A stretch of 64,000 nt of DNA from an uncultured Sphingomonadaceae bacterium (GTDB lineage: Bacteria; Pseudomonadota; Alphaproteobacteria; Sphingomonadales; Sphingomonadaceae): positions 303,727 to 367,726 of the forward strand of contig CANLUL010000002.1 of assembly GCA_947494305.1 (NCBI GenBank). Reading direction: 5' to 3'. The notes below the pieces were generated by a model. The model was not told the DNA's origin and searched no databases. It worked only from the letters and a program-made list of their open reading frames with translations. The position numbers and the translations under genes are program-made. This document shows positions 55,553 to 64,000 of the stretch, in pieces; the first letter of the stretch is position 1; each line of letters starts with the position of its first letter.

Positions 55553-56860
55553 ATGAAATTCACAGGGCTTTCCGGAGCGTTGATTCTGCTCAGCGCCTGC
55601 TCATTGACGCTGGTTCCCGAAGGCACGGCTAAGGGGGCGTCTTCGCAGCAAGAGAGTGAATGGACGCAAGGCGCACCGCAACCGGCTCCTGTGCCATCTA
55701 CCAATAATCCTTCTAACAGGACATCCGGTTCGCAATCCCGCTTCAACGTGACGCTCGCGCCAGTTGCATCGAACAGACTCGTTCGTGTGGCGTCAGATCA
55801 AACCCGTGCTAGCGGTACTGGTGTTGCATTGGGTCCGCAGATATCATCGCTGCCGATTAAGCCCGATCGAGCAACCAAAGCACTGCAATCATTTCGTACA
55901 AGCTGTGGTTCATTGGTGCGCCGTGTCGACCAGAGCGGTTTGACGCGGGGTTCCGATTGGCAACTGGCTTGCGACGCCTCAAAAGGCTGGCAGGATAATG
56001 ACGCTTTGCGTTTCTTCACCAGCTATTTTGAAGCGGTTCAAGTGGGTGACGGCAAGGCACATGCCACCGGATATTTTGAACCACAAATTCAGGGTTCGCG
56101 GGTTCGGAATGAAAATTATCAGGTGCCCATCTATCGCCGTCCACCCAATCTGATTGATGTCGATTTGGGCTTGTTCTCTGATGAACTGAAAGACAAGCGC
56201 GTGCGCGGCAAGGTCGAAGATAACAAGCTGGTGCTGTTTGAAGATCGCGGCCAAATTGACGATGGTGCGCTTGCTGGCAAAGGCCTCGAAATTGGTTGGG
56301 CGCAGGATTATATCGATTTTTTCTTCCTGCAAATTCAGGGCTCCGGACGACTGGCACTGCCCGATGGCCGGGTCATGCGGATCGGATATGCTGGACAAAA
56401 TGGCCGTGACTATACTGGTATCGGCCGGGTGATGCGGCAACGCGGATTGCTGGCTGATGGCAAGACCAATATGCAAGGTATCGTCGAATGGCTGCGCGCC
56501 AATCCGGCCGAAGGCATGAAGATCATGCGCGAAAACCAAAGCTATATCTTCTTTCAAGAACTGACTGGTCCCGGTCCATTGGGGGCTATGGGGCATCCCG
56601 TAGTTCCGCGCACATCGGTGGCCGCCGACCGGATGTTTGTGCCGCTGGGTGCGCCGGTGTTCCTAGATGTGGAGCATAATATTGCCGATGGTCTCTGGAT
56701 TGCCCAGGATACTGGCGGAGCGATTAAGGGTTCTAACCGGTTTGATACTTTTTGGGGAGCTGGTGAAGAGGCGAAGCAGATTGCCGGCGGCATGTCTTCA
56801 CGCGGCCAGGCTTTGGTGTTTCTGCCCAAAGGCACATTTGCCAAACTGACGGGACAGTAA
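55553..56860 (+). CDS. mltA: Membrane-bound lytic murein transglycosylase A (lipoprotein)
   Basis: Lipobox LSA-C, TGYFEP, FFLQIQGSG, NQSYIFF, QDTGGAIKG..RFD.FWG.G. Confidence 0.95.
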   Translation: MKFTGLSGALILLSACSLTLVPEGTAKGASSQQESEWTQGAPQPAPVPSTNNPSNRTSGSQSRFNVTLAPVASNRLVRVASDQTRASGTGVALGPQISSLPIKPDRATKALQSFRTSCGSLVRRVDQSGLTRGSDWQLACDASKGWQDNDALRFFTSYFEAVQVGDGKAHATGYFEPQIQGSRVRNENYQVPIYRRPPNLIDVDLGLFSDELKDKRVRGKVEDNKLVLFEDRGQIDDGALAGKGLEIGWAQDYIDFFFLQIQGSGRLALPDGRVMRIGYAGQNGRDYTGIGRVMRQRGLLADGKTNMQGIVEWLRANPAEGMKIMRENQSYIFFQELTGPGPLGAMGHPVVPRTSVAADRMFVPLGAPVFLDVEHNIADGLWIAQDTGGAIKGSNRFDTFWGAGEEAKQIAGGMSSRGQALVFLPKGTFAKLTGQ

Positions 56861-56865
56861 GGCGT

Positions 56866-57423
56866 ATGTCCGACCGGCCGCTATCTGCCGGTGAAAAGGC
56901 GCTTTGGCAGAAATTCATCGAGACAGTTGAACCTCTGGATCAGGGGCGCGTGAAGCGCATTGATAGTCTGCCAGTGCAAAAAAGGCTGCCCGAACTGAGG
57001 GGACCGATTACCGCAGCGACCTTTGGCGGGGTGGCCAAGGCTGTGCCGCTTAGGGATCAGAAGCCTGTTTCGGAAACCGCAGGATTGGATGGCAATTGGG
57101 ATCGCCGTATTGCCAAAGGTGTGGTCCATCCGGATGTCACCGTCGATCTGCATGGCTACAGTCTGTCTTCGGCACATGGGCGATTGGACAGCGCGCTGGA
57201 GCTCAGCATTGCTGCGGGACATCGCGCGATCCTCCTGATCACCGGCAAAGCGCGTAGCGAGGATCAACGACGACGTGAGGGCGGACGTGGCGCAATTCGT
57301 GCGGCAATATCAGATTGGCTGGCAGCCTCTCGTCATGCATCAAATATCGCTGCTGTGCGGCGCGCGCATCCTCGGCATGGTGGGGCGGGGGCGCTATACA
57401 TAATCCTGCGGCGCAGACGATAA
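56866..57423 (+). CDS. Smr/MutS2 small domain protein
   Basis: VDLHG, LLITGK, HGGAGALYIILRR. Confidence 0.9.
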   Translation: MSDRPLSAGEKALWQKFIETVEPLDQGRVKRIDSLPVQKRLPELRGPITAATFGGVAKAVPLRDQKPVSETAGLDGNWDRRIAKGVVHPDVTVDLHGYSLSSAHGRLDSALELSIAAGHRAILLITGKARSEDQRRREGGRGAIRAAISDWLAASRHASNIAAVRRAHPRHGGAGALYIILRRRR

Positions 57424-57426
57424 CCG

Positions 57427-58701
57427 TTATTCTGATTTGTAGACGACACCGTCTTTCATCACGAACGGAACGGATTCCATTATTGTAATATCTTCCAGCG
57501 GATTGCCGCTAACTGCAATAATATCCGCAGCCATTCCTGTGGCAATTTTTCCAAATTTCCCTTTTTGACCCAGCGCGTCGGCCGCGTTTAATGTGGCTGC
57601 CCGGAGGGCCTCTGCCGGAGTCATGCCAAAGCGAACCATGCGCGACAGTTGCTTCATATTGTCGCCATGGGGATAGACGCCGGCATCGGTTCCCATCACC
57701 ATTTTGACACCGGCTTTATGGGCACGGCGAAAGCTCTCTCTTTGGGTCGCACCGGTCATGCGCTCCTTTGCGAGGCTCTCTTCGAGAAACCCGGCTTTCT
57801 CACCTTCGCCGAGGATATATTCGGTGTTGTAGATATCCATCGACAAATAGGTACCCTGCCGTTTGGCCATGGCGATACCTTCGTCCGAGATGAAGCTGGC
57901 ATGCTCAATAGTATCCACGCCGGCTTTCAACGCGTTGATGATACCTTGCGCACCATGGGCATGGGATGCAACTTTGCGGCCGTGACTATGTGCCTCCTCG
58001 GTAAGGGCGGTCAGTTCTTCGACTGTATATTGTGGTGCGCCGACCTGTGTGCCTTTGGAAAGCACACCGCCGGTGGAACAGGTTTTGATTAGGTCGACGC
58101 CATATTTTATATGACGCCGCACCTTTTTTCGGGCCGCCCAAGGACCATCGGCAACGCCTTCGCCGACAATGCCATATTCTTCTGGCAACAAGTTATTGTC
58201 GCTACAATGACCGCCGGTAATACCAATGGAGGGTCCCGAAACAAACATCCGAGGACCCGGAACATCGCCTTCATTGATGGCATCGCGCAGGGCGACATCG
58301 GAGTAACTTGGTGCACCAACATTGCGAGCAGTTGTGATGCCGGCCATCAGTGTTTTGCGCGCGTTTACTACGCCAGTGATTGCAGCGCGTTCGTGCGAAA
58401 TGGCCAGTCTGCGAAATCCCTGATCTGTTGCCTTGCCGGTGAAGTGGACATGCATGTCCACCAGACCCGGCAAGATGGTTTTTGTACCAAGATCAATGAC
58501 CCGGACATCGCCGTTACTATCTGGGAGAGAGGATGAGACCGATTGGATAATGCCGTCGGTGATCATGACATGTGGATTGGCAATGATGGTTCCGTTTTCG
58601 ACATCAACCATTGCTGCTGCTTTGAGCAGGACAGTCTCAGCCTTTGCTTCGGAAAAGGTCAATAAGAAAGCGACCAATGCGAGGATGGTATATTTTATCA
58701 T
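57427..58701 (-). CDS. Secreted amidohydrolase-family metallopeptidase (Xaa-Pro dipeptidase-like)
   Basis: Signal peptide, PGLVDMHVH, carboxylated-Lys region IKTCSTGG, HAHG, EHAS, GTDAG. Confidence 0.88.
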   Translation of the reverse strand: MIKYTILALVAFLLTFSEAKAETVLLKAAAMVDVENGTIIANPHVMITDGIIQSVSSSLPDSNGDVRVIDLGTKTILPGLVDMHVHFTGKATDQGFRRLAISHERAAITGVVNARKTLMAGITTARNVGAPSYSDVALRDAINEGDVPGPRMFVSGPSIGITGGHCSDNNLLPEEYGIVGEGVADGPWAARKKVRRHIKYGVDLIKTCSTGGVLSKGTQVGAPQYTVEELTALTEEAHSHGRKVASHAHGAQGIINALKAGVDTIEHASFISDEGIAMAKRQGTYLSMDIYNTEYILGEGEKAGFLEESLAKERMTGATQRESFRRAHKAGVKMVMGTDAGVYPHGDNMKQLSRMVRFGMTPAEALRAATLNAADALGQKGKFGKIATGMAADIIAVSGNPLEDITIMESVPFVMKDGVVYKSE

Positions 58702-58726
58702 GAGCTCTCCAGGAATGTCGGTGGAA

Positions 58727-59854
58727 TTAGGCTGTCGCGAGCAGCGTAAAATGCTCGTAAATCTGGGTCAGGGTTTTCAGGTCTTCTATCGCAACCGCCT
58801 CATCCACCTTGTGCATCGTGGCATTGCACAGACCGAATTCGATTACCGGACAGATTTTGGATAGGAACCGCGCATCGGATGTGCCGCCGCTGGTACTCAG
58901 TTCCGGATCGACGCCAGTGGCGCTTTTTATAGCTGTGCTGAGTAGGTCCGAGAAATCTCCCGGTGGCGTCAGAAATGGCTCGCCGGATATGATGGGATCA
59001 AGCTCACCGCCATGCCGCTCAACAATTTCACGGATGAGATCGGACAGACTTGCGCCGGTATGTTGGTCATTAAATCGGATCGATAGGCGTGCCTTGGCCT
59101 GCGCCGGGATCACATTATGCGCCGGATTGGGCGCATTGATTTCGGTAAATTCGATGTTACTCGGCTGGAACCAGTCTGTGCCTTGATCGAGTTCCAGTTC
59201 ATCTATCTCGCTGAGTATCTTACCAAGCTTGGTGATCGGATTGTCGGCATTATGTGGATAGGCGACATGGCCTTGCGTCCCGTTCACCGTAATCCACATA
59301 TTGACCGAACCACGTCGGCCTATCTTCATCATATCGCCTAAGCGGTTTACCGACGTTGGTTCACCAACCAGACAAAGATCCGGTTTGATATCCCGCTCAG
59401 CCATCCATTCCATCAAGGCGACGGTACCAAAGCGTGCCGGACCTTCTTCATCGCCGGTAATGATCAAACTGATCGTGCCAATATCATGGGGCAGGACATG
59501 CAGCGCCGCAACATAGGCAGCAATGCTTCCCTTCATATCAACCGCGCCGCGACCATAAAGCAAATCGCCGCGCTCTTCGGGTTCAAATGGATTGCTCTCC
59601 CAACCTTCGCCAGGTGGGACGACATCCAGATGACCAGCAAAGGCAAAATGGCGTTGGTTTTCCGTGCCTTTGCGAATAGCGAACAGGTTTTCCACTGGAC
59701 CATCAGGCGCTTCACCAGCGATGAATCGGGTGACTTCAAATCCCAAAGGTTCAAGCATCGACTCCAACTCTTCAAATACGCTGCCGGTGGCAGGCGTAAT
59801 GCTGTGATGCTTGATCAAACGTTTGGCGAGATTGAGAGCGGAATTTTCGGTCAT
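58727..59854 (-). CDS. dapE: Succinyl-diaminopimelate desuccinylase
   Basis: FAGHLDVVP, GRGAVDMKG, TGDEEG, GEPT, GRRGS, GGTSDARF, H..DE. Confidence 0.95.
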   Translation of the reverse strand: MTENSALNLAKRLIKHHSITPATGSVFEELESMLEPLGFEVTRFIAGEAPDGPVENLFAIRKGTENQRHFAFAGHLDVVPPGEGWESNPFEPEERGDLLYGRGAVDMKGSIAAYVAALHVLPHDIGTISLIITGDEEGPARFGTVALMEWMAERDIKPDLCLVGEPTSVNRLGDMMKIGRRGSVNMWITVNGTQGHVAYPHNADNPITKLGKILSEIDELELDQGTDWFQPSNIEFTEINAPNPAHNVIPAQAKARLSIRFNDQHTGASLSDLIREIVERHGGELDPIISGEPFLTPPGDFSDLLSTAIKSATGVDPELSTSGGTSDARFLSKICPVIEFGLCNATMHKVDEAVAIEDLKTLTQIYEHFTLLATA

Positions 59855-59864
59855 TGATTGCTGA

Positions 59865-60536
59865 CTATGCTCTGGCTTTTTCCGGCGCATCAAATTTCTC
59901 AATCACCCATGGCTCCTCTTCTGCGGCTTCCATCCACTGAACCGTCCATTCATGCTCCATTATCGTTTGCATATAGGCTTCGGCAAAGCCGGGTAGTTGA
60001 AATCCATAAGTCCGGAAGCGTGAGACAATCGGCGCATACATAATATCCGCCGCACCATAGGTGCCGAATAGATAAGGTCCGCTCTTGGCAAATCGCGCCC
60101 GCGCTTCGGCCCAGAGACGCAAGATCCGATCGGCATCCTGCACCACGGCCTCATCAAATTGCTGGCCCTCATATTGTTTGCGCGTGTTCATCGGGCAGGT
60201 CTTGCGCAACGCCATAAAGCTGCTGTGCATTTCCGCCGCCATCGACCGTGCCATCCCGCGGGCGGTCTCATCTTTGGGCCAAAATCTGTCGCGGTGCGTT
60301 TTGTCGGCCAGCCAATCAATTATGGCCAGGCTGTCCCAAATCACGGTTTCATTGTCCCAGAGAATCGGGACCTTGCCGCCAGAGGGCGCGAAATTTTCGC
60401 TGACCCGCATATCATCCCAATCCTCTCCATATAGCGGGACGGTTAGCTCCTCGAACGAAAGCCCGGACTGCTTGCACGCCAGCCATCCGCGCATCGACCA
60501 ACTCGAATAGGCTCTGTTTCCGATTATCAGTTTCAT
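59865..60536 (-). CDS. Glutathione S-transferase family protein
   Basis: IGNRAYSSWSMR.W, GKVP.L, WDSLAI, EMHSSF..LR, ADIMYAP. Confidence 0.92.
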   Translation of the reverse strand: MKLIIGNRAYSSWSMRGWLACKQSGLSFEELTVPLYGEDWDDMRVSENFAPSGGKVPILWDNETVIWDSLAIIDWLADKTHRDRFWPKDETARGMARSMAAEMHSSFMALRKTCPMNTRKQYEGQQFDEAVVQDADRILRLWAEARARFAKSGPYLFGTYGAADIMYAPIVSRFRTYGFQLPGFAEAYMQTIMEHEWTVQWMEAAEEEPWVIEKFDAPEKARA

Positions 60537-60585
60537 GTGAGCATCTTAGCGCTTCGTGATCAACGAAGTCGAGAAGCAATTTCGG

Positions 60586-61221
60586 TTAGATTTGCACAGC
60601 ATCCAGAACTGCTGACCGCAATTCGTCAATCCCGAGCTTCTTCTCTGATGACGTCAAGATCAGCTCGGGATGCGCTGCTGGATGCTTCTTTGCCATTTCC
60701 GCAACTTTTGCTTTGGTTGCTTCCAACTCCGCCGATTTCACCTTGTCGGTCTTGGTCATCACAATCCGGTAGCTGACCGCCGCGTCATCCAGCATGGTCA
60801 TCACTTCTTCGTCGACCGGTTTGATTCCATGACGAGAATCAATGAGGACGAAGCTACGTTTTAAAACCGCCCGTCCGCGCAGATAATCGTTGATCAGGAA
60901 CCGCCATTTTTTGACCGTTTTAGGGGGTGCTTTGGCATAGCCATAGCCTGGCATATCGCAAATCCGAAATACCGGCTTCCGGCCATCATTGGTTGGCCCG
61001 ATATCAAAGAAATTCAGTTCCTGTGTACGGCCCGGCGTATTCGATGTCCGTGCCAGTCCGTTACGTCCGCACAGGGCATTGATCAAAGACGACTTGCCGA
61101 CATTGGAGCGACCAGCAAAAGCAATCTCTGGCACATCAGCATCTGGCAGAAACTGCAGCTCGGGCGCAGATTTCAGGAACGAGATCGGTCCCGAAAATAG
61201 TTTTGGATGGAGCGGTTCCAC
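60586..61221 (-). CDS. engB: Ribosome biogenesis GTPase YihA/EngB
   Basis: GRSNVGKSS, PGRTQE, DMPGYG, TKTDK. Confidence 0.95.
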   Translation of the reverse strand: MEPLHPKLFSGPISFLKSAPELQFLPDADVPEIAFAGRSNVGKSSLINALCGRNGLARTSNTPGRTQELNFFDIGPTNDGRKPVFRICDMPGYGYAKAPPKTVKKWRFLINDYLRGRAVLKRSFVLIDSRHGIKPVDEEVMTMLDDAAVSYRIVMTKTDKVKSAELEATKAKVAEMAKKHPAAHPELILTSSEKKLGIDELRSAVLDAVQI

Positions 61222-61224
61222 ATT

Positions 61225-63033
61225 CTAACCTTTGGCTTCTGCCTCAGCTTCTTTCGCCTTCTCTTCTGCTTCTTTCGCAGCTTGTTCCTTCAACTGTGGA
61301 TGACGCGAGTAGAGCCATTTTTGTTGGGCAATGGTGAGGATGTTGGAAACGGTCCAATATAGCTGCAAACCGGCTGCGAACGGTGCCATGATGAACACCA
61401 ATATCCACGGCATGATGGCAAAAATCTGCTTTTGCATCTCTTCCATCGGGGCCGGATTGAGCTTGAACTGCAGATGCATGGTGATGCCCATAAGAATCGG
61501 CAAGATACCAACCGCCAGAAAGGAAGGCGGGTCAAAGGGCAACAGGCCAAATAGATTGACCGGCGTCATTGGATCGGGCGCACTTAAATCCTGAATCCAA
61601 AGCGCGAAAGGTTGATGCCGCATTTCAATCGACAGCATCAGCACTTTGTAGAGCGCAAAGAAGATTGGAATTTGCAGGAAGATGGGCAGACAACCAGCCA
61701 GCGGGTTGACCTTTTCATCTTTGTACAGCTTCATGATTTCCTGCTGCTGCTTTTGCTTGTCTTCCTTGAAGCGCTCCTGAATCTTTTTCATTTTCGGTTG
61801 AACGGCACGCATTTGCGCCATACTGGCAAATTGCTTCTGAGCAATCGGGAACATGATTCCACGCACCACAAAGGTCATCAGAATGATGGCGACGCCGAAA
61901 TTGCCGACCAGTTTGAACAACCAATCGAGCATGTAGAAAAGCGGCTTTTCAAACCAGTAGAACCAGCCCCAATCAACTGCGCGATCGAGCAACGGAATGT
62001 TATACTGTTCTTTATAGGTGTCGAGAAGCACGGTTTCTTTTGCACCAGCAAATAGACGAGTAGTTGTTTTCAATGTCTTGCCTGGCGCAACGATTTCGGC
62101 ATTTTCACCGGCCACCTGGGCCTGAAAGTTATTATTGCCGCCGGAGCGAAATTTGGCATCAACTTTCGCTGAGCTTTCGGGAATGAGTGCACCTAGCCAG
62201 TAACGATCGGTAAAGCCAATCCAGCCCTTGTCTGCATCAACAGTAACGCCGTTGGTGCCAGCTTCAGCAACATCTTCATAGTCATAGTCAAAATTGGCGA
62301 CTTCTTCGAAAACGCCCATTGGGCCCAATCTGATCGTCCAACTGCTTTGTTCGGATGTTGGAAGATTTTCGAGATCATGTATCCGGCTGAGTAAGCCAAA
62401 AGGGTTGAGCGCGACTGGTGCTTCGCCGTTGTTGGTAACGCTTTGTTCTGCGGTAATCAGATAATTTTCATCAATCGAATAGGTGATGGAGTAAGTCTGA
62501 CCGGTTTCATTGCTCCAGGTCAGTGTTACCGGCGTGGTAGGCGTTAGTTTGTCAACATCAGCGGTCCATACAGTATCATTACCCGGGACGGCAACGCCAT
62601 CTCCGGCCCAGCCAAAGCGACTGAAATAGGCCTTCTTCGTACCTGATGGGGCGAATAGACGAACGGGCGGGCTGTCTTTATCCTGACTAGTGCGATGATC
62701 GGTTAGTGTCAGATCATCAAGGCGTCCGCCTTTTAAATTGATTGATCCGTTAACCCGCGGTGTTTCAATCGCTATGCGCGGACTGGCTTTCAATGCTTTG
62801 GGAAGGCTTATTGCTGCGCCCGCAACCTCAGTGGCAATCGCAGAAGTGCCCGGCTCTGTCGAAACAGTTGGTGCATCGCCATTCGCGGTCTGTGCCTCGT
62901 TGGAGGCAGCCTGCTCGGCGGCCTGTTCCGTCTGCGCCATTTCGGGGAAGGCAAATTCCACGACATATTGCCAACCAAATAGAATGATTCCGGTGAGCAG
63001 AACCGCTATAATAATATTACGCTTATCGTCCAC
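61225..63033 (-). CDS. yidC: Membrane protein insertase YidC
   Basis: DWGWF, GNFGVAII, NPLAGCLP...QIPIFF, WIQDLS.PDP, GLQLYW..SN. Confidence 0.97.
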   Translation of the reverse strand: MDDKRNIIIAVLLTGIILFGWQYVVEFAFPEMAQTEQAAEQAASNEAQTANGDAPTVSTEPGTSAIATEVAGAAISLPKALKASPRIAIETPRVNGSINLKGGRLDDLTLTDHRTSQDKDSPPVRLFAPSGTKKAYFSRFGWAGDGVAVPGNDTVWTADVDKLTPTTPVTLTWSNETGQTYSITYSIDENYLITAEQSVTNNGEAPVALNPFGLLSRIHDLENLPTSEQSSWTIRLGPMGVFEEVANFDYDYEDVAEAGTNGVTVDADKGWIGFTDRYWLGALIPESSAKVDAKFRSGGNNNFQAQVAGENAEIVAPGKTLKTTTRLFAGAKETVLLDTYKEQYNIPLLDRAVDWGWFYWFEKPLFYMLDWLFKLVGNFGVAIILMTFVVRGIMFPIAQKQFASMAQMRAVQPKMKKIQERFKEDKQKQQQEIMKLYKDEKVNPLAGCLPIFLQIPIFFALYKVLMLSIEMRHQPFALWIQDLSAPDPMTPVNLFGLLPFDPPSFLAVGILPILMGITMHLQFKLNPAPMEEMQKQIFAIMPWILVFIMAPFAAGLQLYWTVSNILTIAQQKWLYSRHPQLKEQAAKEAEEKAKEAEAEAKG

Positions 63034-63098
63034 TAAACTGTCCCTGTATCTGCTCTTTGTATCATGTAGGAATGGCGCGACGCCGTTGCCACCTTTAT

Positions 63099-63311
63099 TC
63101 AGGGGACTGGGTCATAGCCCGAGCCACCCCAAGGATGGCAGCGCAATAGCCGTTTCGTACCCAGCCAGCTACCCCTAATCGCACCATGTTTTTCAATCGC
63201 TTCGATTGTATAGGCCGAACAGGTCGGTTGAAATCGGCAAGTCGGTGGTAATATGCGTGAGGGGCCCCATTGCCAGCAGCGCACTAAGAAGATAAAAACC
63301 GGTTTGAGCAC
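63099..63311 (-). CDS. yidD: Membrane protein insertion efficiency factor YidD
   Basis: [15 protein letters not shown]...G.WL...R..RCHPWGG.G.DPVP. Confidence 0.95.
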   Translation of the reverse strand: MLKPVFIFLVRCWQWGPSRILPPTCRFQPTCSAYTIEAIEKHGAIRGSWLGTKRLLRCHPWGGSGYDPVP

Positions 63312-63314
63312 CGT

Positions 63315-63653
63315 CTAAAACTTCTTCGCCAAATGTTTCAGGCCTTTTTCCAGATCGGCTCGCATGGCCTCGAAAGCAGGCTCCTGCTTCTGTTTGCGGC
63401 CAATTAGAATATGATCTGCGCCGACAATTCCGTGGTAGGGAAGAATCTCTGCAATCAACGCTCGAAACCGTCGCTTCATGCGATTGCGTATGACCGCATT
63501 GCCAATCTTCTTGGTGACGGTGATGCCATAGCGGATGGAATGTTGACCAGCGACATGGCCGGTACGGCGTTTATGGATCAAAAGAACGAATCCAGGTGAA
63601 ACGAAGCGCTTGCCGCGATTGGCCGCGACAAAGTCCGGCCTTTTGCGAATCAC
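63315..63653 (-). CDS. rnpA: Ribonuclease P protein component
   Basis: KRPDF, YGITVTKKIGNAVIRNRMKRRFR (RNR motif). Start placed at GTG 63653; true start uncertain. Confidence 0.9.
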   Translation of the reverse strand: MIRKRPDFVAANRGKRFVSPGFVLLIHKRRTGHVAGQHSIRYGITVTKKIGNAVIRNRMKRRFRALIAEILPYHGIVGADHILIGRKQKQEPAFEAMRADLEKGLKHLAKKF

Positions 63654-63738
63654 TGAGATTGGGTTTTTGGAAGTCGTAGGCTCTATGCTTTTAGAATCGA
63701 GCGACTCTGAAAGCGCGGCGCTAACGGAAATATCCGTT

Positions 63739-63873
63739 TTAGGCAGAGAGTGTTTTGCGGCCACGGGCACGGCGGGCAGCTAGCACTTTGCGGCCGCCAA
63801 CAGTGGCTTTGCGGGCGCGAAAACCATGGCGCCGTTTGCGAACGAGTCGGCTTGGTTGAAATGTGCGCTTCAT
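63739..63873 (-). CDS. rpmH: 50S ribosomal protein L34 (absent from the supplied ORF track)
   Basis: Hand translation [44 protein letters not shown]. Confidence 0.97.
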   Translation of the reverse strand: MKRTFQPSRLVRKRRHGFRARKATVGGRKVLAARRARGRKTLSA

Positions 63874-63941
63874 CGCGAAAATCCTAAATCAAATGTCGAT
63901 AAAAAAGGCCGCGTAAAGCCGCGACCACTTGTTGATGGCAG

Positions 63942-63970
63942 CGATTAGGTGGAGAATCGCTGAAAGTCAA
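63942..63970 (-). promoter_or_regulatory. Sigma70-like promoter of the rpmH operon
   Basis: Minus strand TTGACT-N17-TAATCG. Confidence 0.5.
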
Positions 63971-64000
63971 GCGTCAGCGCGCTGGCTTTTCCTTTTTATT

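Noticed and set aside
63654-63770. Long N-terminal extension of rnpA in the ORF track
   Set aside because: It overlaps rpmH (63739-63873), and RnpA similarity begins near VIRKR.
61225-64000. rpmH-rnpA-yidC as a marker of the replication origin
   Set aside because: No dnaA and no cluster of DnaA boxes in the window; this linkage is often broken in alphaproteobacteria.

Overview
A 64 kb chromosomal window from an alphaproteobacterium. Gene content and order point to Sphingomonadales, probably a moderate-GC Parasphingorhabdus/Sphingorhabdus-like organism; this is inferred, not looked up. Most of it is housekeeping: glnB-glnA, a suf Fe-S operon, etfBA, sucC, ppa, hisS-prfA-prmC, murA, trpS-murJ-secB, Tim44-mltA-Smr, dapE and rpmH-rnpA-yidD-yidC-yihA. 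I saw no rRNA, tRNA, CRISPR array, transposase or integrase. The notable parts are as follows. (1) A three-gene GT-C glycosyltransferase / ArnE-F-like flippase / HAD-UbiA (DPPR-synthase-like) module with no DprE1/DprE2 epimerase genes beside it, which would predict lipid-linked ribose or phosphoribose transfer to the cell surface. (2) An RpoE-ChrR locus in which ChrR appears to have lost all four anti-sigma zinc ligands. Two divergent TGATCC-N16-CGTA promoters serve the sigma operon and a secreted fasciclin gene, and the fasciclin 3' UTR carries a CCUCCUCCC (cuckoo-type) hairpin plus terminator. (3) A domain-inverted Rieske oxygenase divergent from a TauD / FAD-oxidoreductase pair. (4) A DUF3604 (PHP-like lipoprotein) / PPIase / HupE-UreJ triad. 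(5) Three translationally coupled passenger genes inside the suf operon. (6) A lone AT-rich Schlafen/AlbA-HATPase gene. Recognisable cis elements include tandem NtrC boxes with a non-canonical sigma54 promoter, CtrA boxes, a LiuR box, CGTC-type REP doublets and several terminators. All assignments come from motif recognition by eye; no database searches were run.
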